Source: Anaerolineales bacterium | GTDB lineage: Bacteria > Chloroflexota > Anaerolineae > Anaerolineales > Villigracilaceae | Length of the DNA stretch: 64,000 bases | Direction of reading: 5' to 3' | NCBI GenBank assembly: GCA_034432895.1 | Contig: DAOUBG010000007.1 | Span: 6,956 to 70,955, forward strand | Part shown: positions 26,720 through 35,927 of the stretch, piece by piece | How positions within the stretch are numbered: position 1 is the stretch's first letter | How the letters are laid out: each line of letters opens with the position of its first letter | Position numbers and translations under genes: made by a program | The notes under the pieces: model-generated | Database searches by the model: none | What the model was told of the DNA's origin: nothing | Seen by the model: the letters and a program-made list of their open reading frames with translations, nothing else

Positions 26720-29527
26720 ATGGCAGAGACCTTTGTCGCTTTGGATATCGAGACTACCGGCACCGATCCGCAGCGTGATGCTGTGATCGAGATCGGCGCC
26801 GTGCGCTTCACTCTGCGCCGGGTGGAGCAGACCTGGAGCACGCTTGTGAATCCCGGTCGCCCTATTCCGGAATATATCTCCAACCTGACCGGGATCACCA
26901 ACGAAATGGTGCGCTCGGCGCCGTGGCTGCAACATGTGTTAGAAGAGTTGGCTGAATTCGTCGGCGAAGCGATCATCGTCGGTCACAATATCCGCTTTGA
27001 CCTAGGCTTTTTTGACCGATATAAGCTCTTTTCCTACAACCCGGTGGTGGACACCTATGAGTTGGCGGCCGTTTTGCTCCCTTCGGCCAGCCGCTATGCT
27101 TTGGGATCCCTGGCACAATCTCTGGGAATTCCGTTGCCGCCGGGAGAGGAGTATCACCGCGCCCTCACCGATGCACGGGTTACGCAGGCGTTGTTTTTAC
27201 GCCTCTACGAGCGAGCCCGTGTTTTGCCGTTGGATACGGTGGCCGAAATTGTGCGCTTGAGCCAGAATGTTGAATGGGATGCGGCTTGGGTGTTTGAAGA
27301 TATCCTGAGACAACGCCTCCGCCACGAATCGCCGGTCAAACGTGCCTATGGCCCCTATCCGCCGGCTTGGTTTGAATCGGATGCTAAGGACCTTTCGCCT
27401 TTGCCTCCACCGAAGGAGGTGTATCCGCTCGATGCGGAGCATGTCGCCTCTTACTTACAGCATGGTGGCCCCTTTTCACGGTATTTTGCCACCTTTGAGC
27501 ATCGGCCGGAACAGGTGGAAATGGCGCGCGCTGTGACCCAGGCGCTTTCGCAAGGGCACCACCTAATGGTGGAGGCCGGCACTGGGGTGGGTAAATCGTT
27601 TGCCTATCTCCTTCCGGCCAGCCTGTTCGCGCTAAAAAACAACGCACGCGTGCTTATCTCTACCAACACCATTAATCTCCAGGAACAGTTGATCCAAAAG
27701 GATATCCCCGATCTCCGCGCCGCGTTGGGTTTGGATGAGCTACGGGTAGCGGTGCTCAAGGGACGCGCTAATTATCTGTGTCCGCGACGCTTCGATTCGC
27801 TGCGTCAGCAGGGACCCAAGGATGTCCACGAGATGCGTTTGTCGGCAAAGGTGTTGATCTGGCTACTGGATTCGCCTTCTGGCGATCGGAGCGAGATCAA
27901 CCTTCATACGAACGGGGAACGCGAGGCCTGGGCGCGGGTTTCGGCAGAAGACGATCGTTGCACAGGCGAAACCTGCCTGACACGCTACGGTGGCGGCTGT
28001 CCGTTCTATCGAGCTCGCCAGGCGGCGCTGGCCGCGCATTTGCTCATCGTCAACCATGCCCTGTTGCTCTCCGATGTTGCCACCGGTCACCGAGTGTTGC
28101 CGGAATACGATTATCTGATCGTAGACGAAGCGCACCATCTGGAAGCGGCAACCACCAACGCCCTGACCTTTCGCCTTGGTCGCTTGGAACTGCAACGTCT
28201 GTTGCGGGAGCTGGGTGGACCGAATGCTGCTTTGCTTGGTCGTCTGTTGACCGCCGTGAAACCCATGATGCGACCCTCGGATTTTGCCCTCTTGGGGCAG
28301 CAGGTGCACCATGCGGCCGATCTCATTTTCCGCGCCGAAGAATACTTGCAGCGCTTCTTCCAAACATTGGAACAATTTTCCCGCCAGCAACGCACCGGCG
28401 TTGCGGATAACGGCTATACCTGGCAGCTGCGTATCACCGCCGCTACGCGTACCCTGCCGATGTGGGATGAGGTGGAGTTGACCTGGGATGCGGCCGATGA
28501 GGCTTTGCGCCTGTTGATCCAGCATGTTGCTACGTTGGAACGAGAACTGGTAGAAGCCTTGGGGGATGAAATTGACTCTCTGGACGACGTATTAGGCGAG
28601 CTGGGCAACCTGCTTCGTCGCCTGAGTGATGCCGAAACTTCCGTCACGTCACTGGTGAGCAAACCGGATTCCAAGTTCGTTTACTGGCTGGAGGTCAAGC
28701 CAAACGGTGAGTCTCTTTTCCTGAACATTGCTCCACTGCGAGTGGGGCCATTGCTGGAAGAGTATCTCTGGCATGAGAAATCGAGCATTGTATTGACTTC
28801 GGCAACGCTCACGGCAAATGGCCGCTTCGATTACCTGCGCAGCACGTTGAATGCCGATGAAGCTGATGAGCTTTTGTTGGGCTCACCGTTCGATTATGAG
28901 AATTCGGCGCTGATCTACATCCCTAATGATATTGCGGAGCCGCATACGCCTTCGTATCAATCGCAGATCGAAAAGGCGATCGTCCAATCCTGCCTGGCCA
29001 GTGGAGGGCGCACGCTGGTGCTCTTTACTTCATATGCTCAGCTGCGCCGAACGGCACAGGCCATTGCCCCTGTCTTGGCCCGGCATGATATTGTGACCTA
29101 TGAGCAAGGTGAGGGTGCTTCCCCCAGCACACTTTTGGAATCTTTCAAGAGCAGCGAGCGCGCCGTGCTTTTGGGTACGCGTTCCTTCTGGGAAGGGGTA
29201 GATGTGCCCGGAGAGGCGCTTTCGGTGGTGATAATTGCCAAATTGCCCTTCGAGGTCCCCAACGATCCGCTGATCGAGGCGCGCGCTGAAACCTACGAGA
29301 ATCCGTTTGAAGAATACCATCTGCCGGAGGCCATTCTCAAGTTCCGCCAGGGCTTTGGCCGCCTGATCCGCACGGCCTCGGATCGGGGCGTGGTGGTCAT
29401 TCTGGATCGGCGCATTTTGAGTAAGAAGTACGGGCGACTCTTCCTGGAATCGCTGCCGCCTTGTACGGTGCGCCAGGGGCCGCTTTCGGCGCTTCCCAAT
29501 TGGGTCAAGCGTTGGCTTGGCCTATGA
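26720..29527 (+). CDS. dinG: DnaQ-type 3'-5' exonuclease fused to a DinG-family helicase
   Basis: Exo motifs are FVALDIETTGTDP and HNIRFDLGF...H(R)ALTDA. Helicase motifs are VEAGTGVGKSFAYLLPA and VDEAHHLE, plus C-terminal GTRSFWEGVD. Confidence 0.88.
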   Translation: MAETFVALDIETTGTDPQRDAVIEIGAVRFTLRRVEQTWSTLVNPGRPIPEYISNLTGITNEMVRSAPWLQHVLEELAEFVGEAIIVGHNIRFDLGFFDRYKLFSYNPVVDTYELAAVLLPSASRYALGSLAQSLGIPLPPGEEYHRALTDARVTQALFLRLYERARVLPLDTVAEIVRLSQNVEWDAAWVFEDILRQRLRHESPVKRAYGPYPPAWFESDAKDLSPLPPPKEVYPLDAEHVASYLQHGGPFSRYFATFEHRPEQVEMARAVTQALSQGHHLMVEAGTGVGKSFAYLLPASLFALKNNARVLISTNTINLQEQLIQKDIPDLRAALGLDELRVAVLKGRANYLCPRRFDSLRQQGPKDVHEMRLSAKVLIWLLDSPSGDRSEINLHTNGEREAWARVSAEDDRCTGETCLTRYGGGCPFYRARQAALAAHLLIVNHALLLSDVATGHRVLPEYDYLIVDEAHHLEAATTNALTFRLGRLELQRLLRELGGPNAALLGRLLTAVKPMMRPSDFALLGQQVHHAADLIFRAEEYLQRFFQTLEQFSRQQRTGVADNGYTWQLRITAATRTLPMWDEVELTWDAADEALRLLIQHVATLERELVEALGDEIDSLDDVLGELGNLLRRLSDAETSVTSLVSKPDSKFVYWLEVKPNGESLFLNIAPLRVGPLLEEYLWHEKSSIVLTSATLTANGRFDYLRSTLNADEADELLLGSPFDYENSALIYIPNDIAEPHTPSYQSQIEKAIVQSCLASGGRTLVLFTSYAQLRRTAQAIAPVLARHDIVTYEQGEGASPSTLLESFKSSERAVLLGTRSFWEGVDVPGEALSVVIIAKLPFEVPNDPLIEARAETYENPFEEYHLPEAILKFRQGFGRLIRTASDRGVVVILDRRILSKKYGRLFLESLPPCTVRQGPLSALPNWVKRWLGL

Positions 29528-29540
29528 GAAGGATACAGAG

Positions 29541-30263
29541 ATGACGAAGAGGCTTTTGCGCTTTTCTGCTCTTTGGCTTGTTCTTTTGTGGCTGCTGGCA
29601 TGCAATCTTCCGCGCCCTTTACCTGTCACTCCGGTAGCAAGCTCCCCGACTAGGTCAGTGCTTTTTACGCCTTCTCTACCTTCCGGCACTCCTACCTTCC
29701 CTCTACCCTCGCCATCGGCGACGCTGACCCCGGTGGAAGCGACGCCTTCTCTGTTCCTAGCCGAGGCCACACGCTGCCGTCAGGGACCCGGCGAGGCTTT
29801 TGCCATCCTGACCGTAGTGCCGGCCGGAACGCAGTTGCCGCTCCTCGGCCGGTGGGAGGACCAAAATTACTGGCTAGTGCGCCTGGAGGATGGGACAGTT
29901 TGCTGGATGTGGGGCGGGGCCGCTACGCCACAGGGGAGCCTTTCCTCGCTCACCGCGGTGACTCCGCCCCCAAGTCCGACCCTGAGTGCGCCCAGCGCGG
30001 TGCAAAACCTGCGCTATGTCTATTCGTGCGAATACGTTTCGGGTGGCACTCAGGTCACCGTTTCTCTTACCTGGAACGAGGTCCCCGGCGCCGAGGGCTA
30101 TCGTATCTATCGTAATGACCTGCGGATCGCCGAAGTCACGACTCCTTTTTTCAGTGAAGTGACCTCTGTCGCTTTGCCGAGCCAAGTATTGACCTATCGC
30201 GTGGAGGCTTTTAATGCCGGCGGTGCATCCTCTCCCAAAAGCATCTCCTTCTCCTGTCAGTGA
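29541..30263 (+). CDS. lipoprotein with SH3-like and fibronectin-III-like domains
   Basis: It has a signal peptide and lipobox (MTKRLLRFSALWLVLLWLLAC), a P/S/T-rich linker, then CRQGPGEAFAILTVVPAGTQLPLLGRWEDQNYWLV, then LTWNEVPGAEGYRIYRN. Confidence 0.65.
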   Translation: MTKRLLRFSALWLVLLWLLACNLPRPLPVTPVASSPTRSVLFTPSLPSGTPTFPLPSPSATLTPVEATPSLFLAEATRCRQGPGEAFAILTVVPAGTQLPLLGRWEDQNYWLVRLEDGTVCWMWGGAATPQGSLSSLTAVTPPPSPTLSAPSAVQNLRYVYSCEYVSGGTQVTVSLTWNEVPGAEGYRIYRNDLRIAEVTTPFFSEVTSVALPSQVLTYRVEAFNAGGASSPKSISFSCQ

Positions 30264-31731
30264 TCTCTCGCGCAAGCATCTCTTCATCTTATTCCTGCTT
30301 TCTGTAGTGGGAGTGGGCCTTTTCCTGCTCACCGCCGCGCTGAAGTTCCGCCTTGGGTTTCCGCTGGATGATTCCTGGATTCATCAGACCTATGCGCGCA
30401 ACCTGGCGCTGCGTGACGAGTGGAGCTTCTTGCCCGGTCAGCCTTCTGCCGGTTCGACTTCTCCGCTTTGGACCTTTCTGCTTTCGATCGGTTATCGTCT
30501 TCACCTGGCGCCTTATTTTTGGACTTGGTTGCTAGGAGTGCTGGAGTTGTGGGCGATGGGGATACTCCTGGAGAGCGCGGCGCGGCGTTTGCTCCCGTTC
30601 TATTCTCCCTCGTTGCCGTGGGTAGGCATGATCACCGTGCTCGAATGGCGCATGGTGTGGATGGCGGCTTCGGGGATGGAGACCTTATTCCACGCGTTGC
30701 TGCTGACCTTGGCGGCGATCTTTCTCCTGAGCGCCACGCCACGGTATCTGACCTTGGGCTTGATCGCCGGTTTAACGATCTGGACGCGGCCGGATGGATT
30801 GTTGCTTTTCCCCTTCCTGGCGCTGGAGGCATTGTTGCGCCCCGCACCTTCGATGAGGGAACGGTTACAACGTCTCCTGAACCTGAGCTTGGGTTTCGGG
30901 TTGCTCTTTGGGCTATACCTTTTCTTTCATTTGCTCCTGGAAGGCTCCCCTTGGCCAAATACATTCTATGCCAAGCAAGCGGAATACCTTCCCTGGCAAC
31001 ATAGGTCGTTTTTAGAGCGCTTGGGAACGTATTTACGGGAATGGAGCTATGGCTCTACCCTTTTGCTCTTATCGGGGGTGCTTGTTTTCTTCATCCGCCT
31101 GATCTATAGACGGAACGAGCCCTATGCCCGATCGATGTGGCTTTTGCTTTTGTGGTGGATCACCTTTTTCACCGTTTACCTCTTACGCCTGCCACCTTAT
31201 CACCATGCGCGTTATATCATGCCGCTTTTGCCGCTCTTCCTCCTCTGGGGCATGGCAGGGTTCTTGCTCGTTGCTCGTCGAGTAGATATTCCCTATTATC
31301 GCATCTTTTTTCCGGTTTGGTGCCTGAGCTTGACGTTTTTATTGGTGCTTTATCTCTTCTTTGGCGCGTTGGCTTATGCCGAAGAAGTGAGCTATATTGA
31401 GCATCAAATGGTGGATACGGCACGCTGGGTTCAGGCGAACTTGCCGCCCCAAGCAGTGATCGCCGCGCATGATATCGGCGCGCTGGGCTATTTTGATACG
31501 CATCCGTTGGTTGATTTGGCGGGGTTGATCACACCGCAGGTGATCCCCCTCCTAAATGATGAGCAGGCTCTGGCGAATTACCTGGATGCACAGAGGGTGG
31601 ATTATTTAATCGTCATCCAGGGCATCTATCCCCGGTTAGAGGCTGGGCATGAGGTTGTTTATCGCGGTCCCCAGGAAGGGTTGACCTTGACACAAAACGT
31701 GCCGATGCTGGTGTATCGATGGAGAAGATAG
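30214..31731 (+). CDS. polytopic membrane protein, GT-C-fold glycosyltransferase-like
   Basis: It has at least 10 hydrophobic segments, an N-terminal loop motif FPLDDSWIHQTYARNLA, and a C-terminal soluble domain. ATG 30214 overlaps the upstream gene by 50 nt, and I found no in-frame alternative start close by. Confidence 0.55.
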   Translation: MPAVHPLPKASPSPVSDLSRKHLFILFLLSVVGVGLFLLTAALKFRLGFPLDDSWIHQTYARNLALRDEWSFLPGQPSAGSTSPLWTFLLSIGYRLHLAPYFWTWLLGVLELWAMGILLESAARRLLPFYSPSLPWVGMITVLEWRMVWMAASGMETLFHALLLTLAAIFLLSATPRYLTLGLIAGLTIWTRPDGLLLFPFLALEALLRPAPSMRERLQRLLNLSLGFGLLFGLYLFFHLLLEGSPWPNTFYAKQAEYLPWQHRSFLERLGTYLREWSYGSTLLLLSGVLVFFIRLIYRRNEPYARSMWLLLLWWITFFTVYLLRLPPYHHARYIMPLLPLFLLWGMAGFLLVARRVDIPYYRIFFPVWCLSLTFLLVLYLFFGALAYAEEVSYIEHQMVDTARWVQANLPPQAVIAAHDIGALGYFDTHPLVDLAGLITPQVIPLLNDEQALANYLDAQRVDYLIVIQGIYPRLEAGHEVVYRGPQEGLTLTQNVPMLVYRWRR

Positions 31732-31769
31732 GGTGTTTTCACGTGCAGCGTTTTTGGGGCTGCAGCATT

Positions 31770-32750
31770 CTAAATCCAGAATTTCAGTAGCCAGAAGGCG
31801 CCCGCCGCCAGCAGAGCGGTAATAGGCATGGTGAGCAACCAAGCGATGAGCATTTCCTGCCCGACTTGCCAACGCACTTTTCCGAGCCGTTCGGCCGCGC
31901 CGGCGCCGATCACCGAAGAACTGATGACGTGGGTGGTGCTGACCGGAGCTCCTAACCAGGCCGCCAAGGCGATCACCGAGGAACTGCTGAGCTGGGAAGC
32001 AACGCCGTGGATCGGGCGGACGCGGTAAACCCGCCCTCCCAGGGTGCGGATGTTGCGCCAGCCGCCGAGTGCGCTTCCGATGGCAATTGCCGTGGCACAA
32101 AGTAGGATGACCCAAAAAGGCACGTGAAAGGTAGTCAATGAACCGCTCAGCACAAGTGCCAGTGTGATGATCCCCATGCTTTTTTGGGCATCGTTTGCGC
32201 TGTGTGCTAGGCTCATGCCGAAGAGTGTGATGATCTGGAGCAGGCGAAAGAGCGTATTGATCCGGGGTGATGCGCCATTCGCCAGGAAATAGATCACGCG
32301 CGTCAGGAGAAAACCTGCCAGAAAGCCCACCAAGGGGGAAAAGAAGAGACCGAAAAGGATCCTCAGGAGCCCTTTGCTCTGGATCACCGAGGGATCGCCG
32401 GAAGCGATCAGCGCAGCGCCGAGCAGCCCACCGAACAAGGCATGGGATGAGGAAGATGGAATCCCCAATCGCCCGGTGAGAAAATTCCAGAAAACGGCGG
32501 CGATCAGCGCGGCCAGGATGACCAGCAGGCTAAGGCTTTCGTGCCTGAGCAAATCTTGGCCGATCGTAGTTGCTATTGCTACGCCGAACAAGAACGGCCC
32601 TAAGAATTCACCGATCGCGGCCAAGCGCAGAGCCTGACGTGGCGAAAGCGCATGGGATGAGATCACCGTTGCGGTGAGTGCGCCGCTATCGTTGTAACCG
32701 TTAATCAGATCGTAAAAGATTGCCAGGGCAATACATGTCCATAAGAGCAT
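31770..32750 (-). CDS. pit: inorganic phosphate transporter, PiT family
   Basis: It has two copies of the PiT signature (FYDLINGYNDSGA and MSLAHSANDAQK) and is highly hydrophobic. Confidence 0.9.
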   Translation of the reverse strand: MLLWTCIALAIFYDLINGYNDSGALTATVISSHALSPRQALRLAAIGEFLGPFLFGVAIATTIGQDLLRHESLSLLVILAALIAAVFWNFLTGRLGIPSSSSHALFGGLLGAALIASGDPSVIQSKGLLRILFGLFFSPLVGFLAGFLLTRVIYFLANGASPRINTLFRLLQIITLFGMSLAHSANDAQKSMGIITLALVLSGSLTTFHVPFWVILLCATAIAIGSALGGWRNIRTLGGRVYRVRPIHGVASQLSSSSVIALAAWLGAPVSTTHVISSSVIGAGAAERLGKVRWQVGQEMLIAWLLTMPITALLAAGAFWLLKFWI

Positions 32751-32766
32751 AATAATCTATGCTTGG

Positions 32767-33549
32767 CTAGCGGAAAAGGTCCATCTCTTTAGGGCGCAGC
32801 AAATCCCCCAATTTGCCCTCGCTGAGGGGATAGGGAAAGCCACGAATGTGGATGGCCGGGGTTCCCTCGGCGGCCTGCCCCATCAGCAAACTGGCCGCCG
32901 CGGCCAGCTCATCTGCCACGCCGACTACAGTGACGCGCAGCTCGTAGTCAAAGAGGTCTTTCCAGCCGCGCTCATCCACGATGGCCGGCAAACCGGAAAG
33001 CCCAATGCAGGCACCGACCGTGCCAATCCTCCAGGCGCGACCGTGCGAATCTACGATCAGAATGCCCAGGTGCTTGCCGCTGCGGAATTCCAAGGCTTTG
33101 CGCAGGCGAGCGGCGGAGGCATCCGGATTTTCCGGGAGCAGGAGAACCCATTCTTCCGACGCGAGCTCTGCTGGGGCATTCGGCGGTGGTGCGACGTTAG
33201 AGTGATCGATCCCGGCGTTTGCGCAAACGAAACCGAGACGGTGTTCAACGATGATCGTGCCGGGACGTACTCGCAGCACTTCACGGCTTTCGCCGAGGAT
33301 CAGCTCGATCAGCCGCGGGTCCTTTTCGCAGCGTGCGGCCAGTTCCAGTGCCTGTTCGGAGGGCGTAACCTGAGAAAGGTGTACCAATCGCCCCTCGGAT
33401 TTGCTGACGATCTTCGAGGCCAGCGCAAGAATATCCCCATTTCGCAGCCGAATACGAGCTCTTTCCAAGGCTTGCCAGAGGATCTCGGCCAGATCGTCAC
33501 CGGGTTGGATGAGCGGAATGCCTGGTAGGGTGGTGAGGGTGAGCTTCAT
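32767..33549 (-). CDS. cofE: coenzyme F420-0:L-glutamate ligase
   Basis: The protein reads [11 protein letters not shown]...[17 protein letters not shown]...[16 protein letters not shown]...VDSHGRAWR. Confidence 0.85.
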   Translation of the reverse strand: MKLTLTTLPGIPLIQPGDDLAEILWQALERARIRLRNGDILALASKIVSKSEGRLVHLSQVTPSEQALELAARCEKDPRLIELILGESREVLRVRPGTIIVEHRLGFVCANAGIDHSNVAPPPNAPAELASEEWVLLLPENPDASAARLRKALEFRSGKHLGILIVDSHGRAWRIGTVGACIGLSGLPAIVDERGWKDLFDYELRVTVVGVADELAAAASLLMGQAAEGTPAIHIRGFPYPLSEGKLGDLLRPKEMDLFR

Positions 33550-34223
33550 GCCGGTCGCGTGACTCCCGTAATGCGGATGCCGGCATGGGTGCTGCCGTAT
33601 TGCTTGTTGATGTAAATCAGGATGCTGGTCAGGCCTTCCACTACTACCGAATTCTGGATCGGTCCGGCATCCCAGCCGATCAGGCCGGCATCTTTTACCA
33701 GCTGCAGGGTGCGTTGACGGGCAGCTTTGCTCGTGCCAGTTACCAGCACGTCACACTCGACCTCTCCATTCCCAAGCAGGTGCTCATAAGAAATATTCTG
33801 AAAAGCCGCACAGATTTCCACACCTTCGCCGAGGATTTCCAATGCTTCCTGTGTCGCCGAGCCGGCCGGCGGCATCTGTACCTGCGTCACTTTTGGGGGA
33901 ACCAGGGGCACGGTGACATCGATCAGCAATTTGCCCTGCAGCGCTTCTTTGAGCGTTTCCAGCATTTGCCGGTGTGCAGCATAAGGAACGGTGAGCACGA
34001 TCACTTCGGCGCGCGTTGCGGCGCTGAAATTTTCCATGCCTTCCAGGTTTGCCGAATTGCCGAACAGTTGCTGCACTTCTGCAACCGCCTGTTGGGCTTT
34101 TTCGGCTGTGCGCGAACCGATGATCACATGATGACCGGCTTTTGCCCAGCGATAGGCCAGGCCTTTGCCTTCTTTGCCGGTGCCGCCAATGATGGCAATG
34201 GTGAGGGGAGATGGGTTATCCAT
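33546..34223 (-). CDS. npdG: NADPH-dependent F420 reductase
   Basis: The protein reads MDNPSPLTIAIIGGTGKEGKGLAYRWAKAGHHVIIGSRTAEKA. The stop overlaps the cofE start (ATGA). The start is taken at the internal ATG 34223. Confidence 0.8.
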   Translation of the reverse strand: MDNPSPLTIAIIGGTGKEGKGLAYRWAKAGHHVIIGSRTAEKAQQAVAEVQQLFGNSANLEGMENFSAATRAEVIVLTVPYAAHRQMLETLKEALQGKLLIDVTVPLVPPKVTQVQMPPAGSATQEALEILGEGVEICAAFQNISYEHLLGNGEVECDVLVTGTSKAARQRTLQLVKDAGLIGWDAGPIQNSVVVEGLTSILIYINKQYGSTHAGIRITGVTRPA

Positions 34224-34794
34224 GAACAGACTCCAAAGAGGGCTTTTCTGCAACGATCCAGGCGCTATAGCGCTCGGTATGGATCGAAATTTTTGCACCT
34301 ATGCGTTCCAGGTCCTGCCCGATGGCGCGCGGGTGGCGGAAATGACTGCGCATGAGCAGCAACTTTTCGACCAAGGCAACCCCCTTGACCAATGGGTGAC
34401 GGATATCCGGTTCTTCGATGATCAGCTTGCCGCCAGGACGCAGGACACGCCAGGCTTCCTTGAGGGCCTCTTGTTGATTGAGCAAATGATGATAAGAATC
34501 TACCATCAGGACGATCTCAAAATGTGCGTTGGGAAAAGGGAGATATTCGGCCAGGGCACGAACGGGTATTACCCCTTCGCTGTTTTTCGCCTGCTTGAGC
34601 ATACTGGCAGATATATCGGCGATGAGTCGCCATCCGACCAGGCCGTCTAACGCCTTAACGACGCGCCCGGTGCCGCCGCCAATATCAAGCAGATCGCCCT
34701 TCCGTGGCAACCCGGCCAATTCTTTTAGACGAGTAGGATCGTAAGAAAAACGGGCGTAAAGGGGAGCAATCCAGTCGAAGTGATCGAATCTCAT
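34216..34794 (-). CDS. class I SAM-dependent methyltransferase
   Basis: Motif I is LLDIGGGTGRVV and the post-I region is FPNAHFEIVLMVDSYHHL. Its 3' end overlaps npdG by 8 nt. Confidence 0.8.
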   Translation of the reverse strand: MRFDHFDWIAPLYARFSYDPTRLKELAGLPRKGDLLDIGGGTGRVVKALDGLVGWRLIADISASMLKQAKNSEGVIPVRALAEYLPFPNAHFEIVLMVDSYHHLLNQQEALKEAWRVLRPGGKLIIEEPDIRHPLVKGVALVEKLLLMRSHFRHPRAIGQDLERIGAKISIHTERYSAWIVAEKPSLESVHG

Positions 34795-34819
34795 CGTTTA
34801 CCGGTCGAAACTATAGAGA

Positions 34820-35431
34820 TTATTCTCCCACGGTGATCAGGTCGCGAATGCGATCTAGCAGTGCTTCTCCGATACCTTCCACGTTGAGCAATTCCTCGAT
34901 ATCCACGAAAGGGCCGTATTCTTCTCGATACTTGATGATGTGCTGCGCCAGAACCGGCCCGATGCCGGGTAGGGTTTCCAGCTCTTCCTGGGTGGCGTAG
35001 TTGATGTTAATTTTTGTGGGGGAGGATGGAGTGCTGTCGCTCTGGGAGGATCCTATAGCAGGAGTGGGAGTGACCTCTACCAACGGAGCGAAGCCGGCCT
35101 TGTAAGGTACATCAATTCGTTCCCCATCTGCCAGCAGGCGTGCCAAGTTGAGGGATTGGAGGTTGGCTTCCGCCAAAGGGCCGCCGGCGGCCTGGATGGC
35201 ATCCCTCAAGCGACTGCCGGCGGGTAAGGAATAGACGCCGGGGTGCACTACCGCGCCTTCCACCTGAACCACCCAGAGCGGATCGGTGGGAGCCGGGCGC
35301 AGGGTGATGGCCTGTCCCTGCGGTTGGTTCCCGATCAAGATCACCAGGGCTGTGGCGATCAATCCCAAACCTATGCCGATGATTACTTTTAGTAGGCCCT
35401 GGACGGCCGGATGGTACAGGAGAGATTTCAT
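34820..35431 (-). CDS. comEA: ComEA-family DNA-binding protein (TM + SLBB + helix-hairpin-helix)
   Basis: The protein reads VHPGVYSLPAGSRLRDAIQAAGG...INYATQEELETLPGIGPVLAQHIIKYREEYGPF. Confidence 0.85.
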   Translation of the reverse strand: MKSLLYHPAVQGLLKVIIGIGLGLIATALVILIGNQPQGQAITLRPAPTDPLWVVQVEGAVVHPGVYSLPAGSRLRDAIQAAGGPLAEANLQSLNLARLLADGERIDVPYKAGFAPLVEVTPTPAIGSSQSDSTPSSPTKININYATQEELETLPGIGPVLAQHIIKYREEYGPFVDIEELLNVEGIGEALLDRIRDLITVGE

Positions 35432-35898
35432 TCAATATTCAGGATTTTGAGACGCACAATCCCGTCGGGCGTCTGCACTTCGACGATATCGCCCACTTTG
35501 TGATCGAGCAAGGCGCGTCCGATGGGGGATTCGTTAGAAATTTTGCCGTTGCGCGGATCGGCCTCTTTGGCACCGACCAGGTGATAGGTTTCGGGCGGGA
35601 AGCCTTCTTCCTGGATGGTCACGCGCGCGCCTAGGGTAACGACATCGCGCGGCCCGTTCTCTTCGATCAGGACGGCGTTGCGCAGCAGGTATTCCAATTC
35701 CTGGATGCGCCCTTCCAAGAAGGCCTGATCTTCTTTGGCTTTGTGGTAATCGGCATTTTCAGAGAGATCGCCCATCTGGATGGCGGCGCGCAGGCGGGCA
35801 GCCAGCTCTTGGCGCCGTGGGCCTTTCAGTTCCTCAAGTTCGGCTTTTAGGCGAGCCATTCCTTCGGCGGTCAGGTAAACCGGTTGATTGACACTCAT
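35428..35898 (-). CDS. greA: transcription elongation factor GreA
   Basis: The protein reads LTAEGMARLKAELEELK...GDLSENADYHKAKEDQAFLEGRIQELE. The stop overlaps the comEA start. Confidence 0.95.
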   Translation of the reverse strand: MSVNQPVYLTAEGMARLKAELEELKGPRRQELAARLRAAIQMGDLSENADYHKAKEDQAFLEGRIQELEYLLRNAVLIEENGPRDVVTLGARVTIQEEGFPPETYHLVGAKEADPRNGKISNESPIGRALLDHKVGDIVEVQTPDGIVRLKILNIE

Positions 35899-35927
35899 CT
35901 TTGCTCCTTCACTTTCTAGGGCTTGTT

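Noticed and set aside
31732-31769. A weak hairpin (TGCAGC...GCTGCA) lies between the convergent GT-C-like and pit genes.
   Set aside because: The stem is only 6 bp with a poor T-tract, which is not enough to call a terminator.
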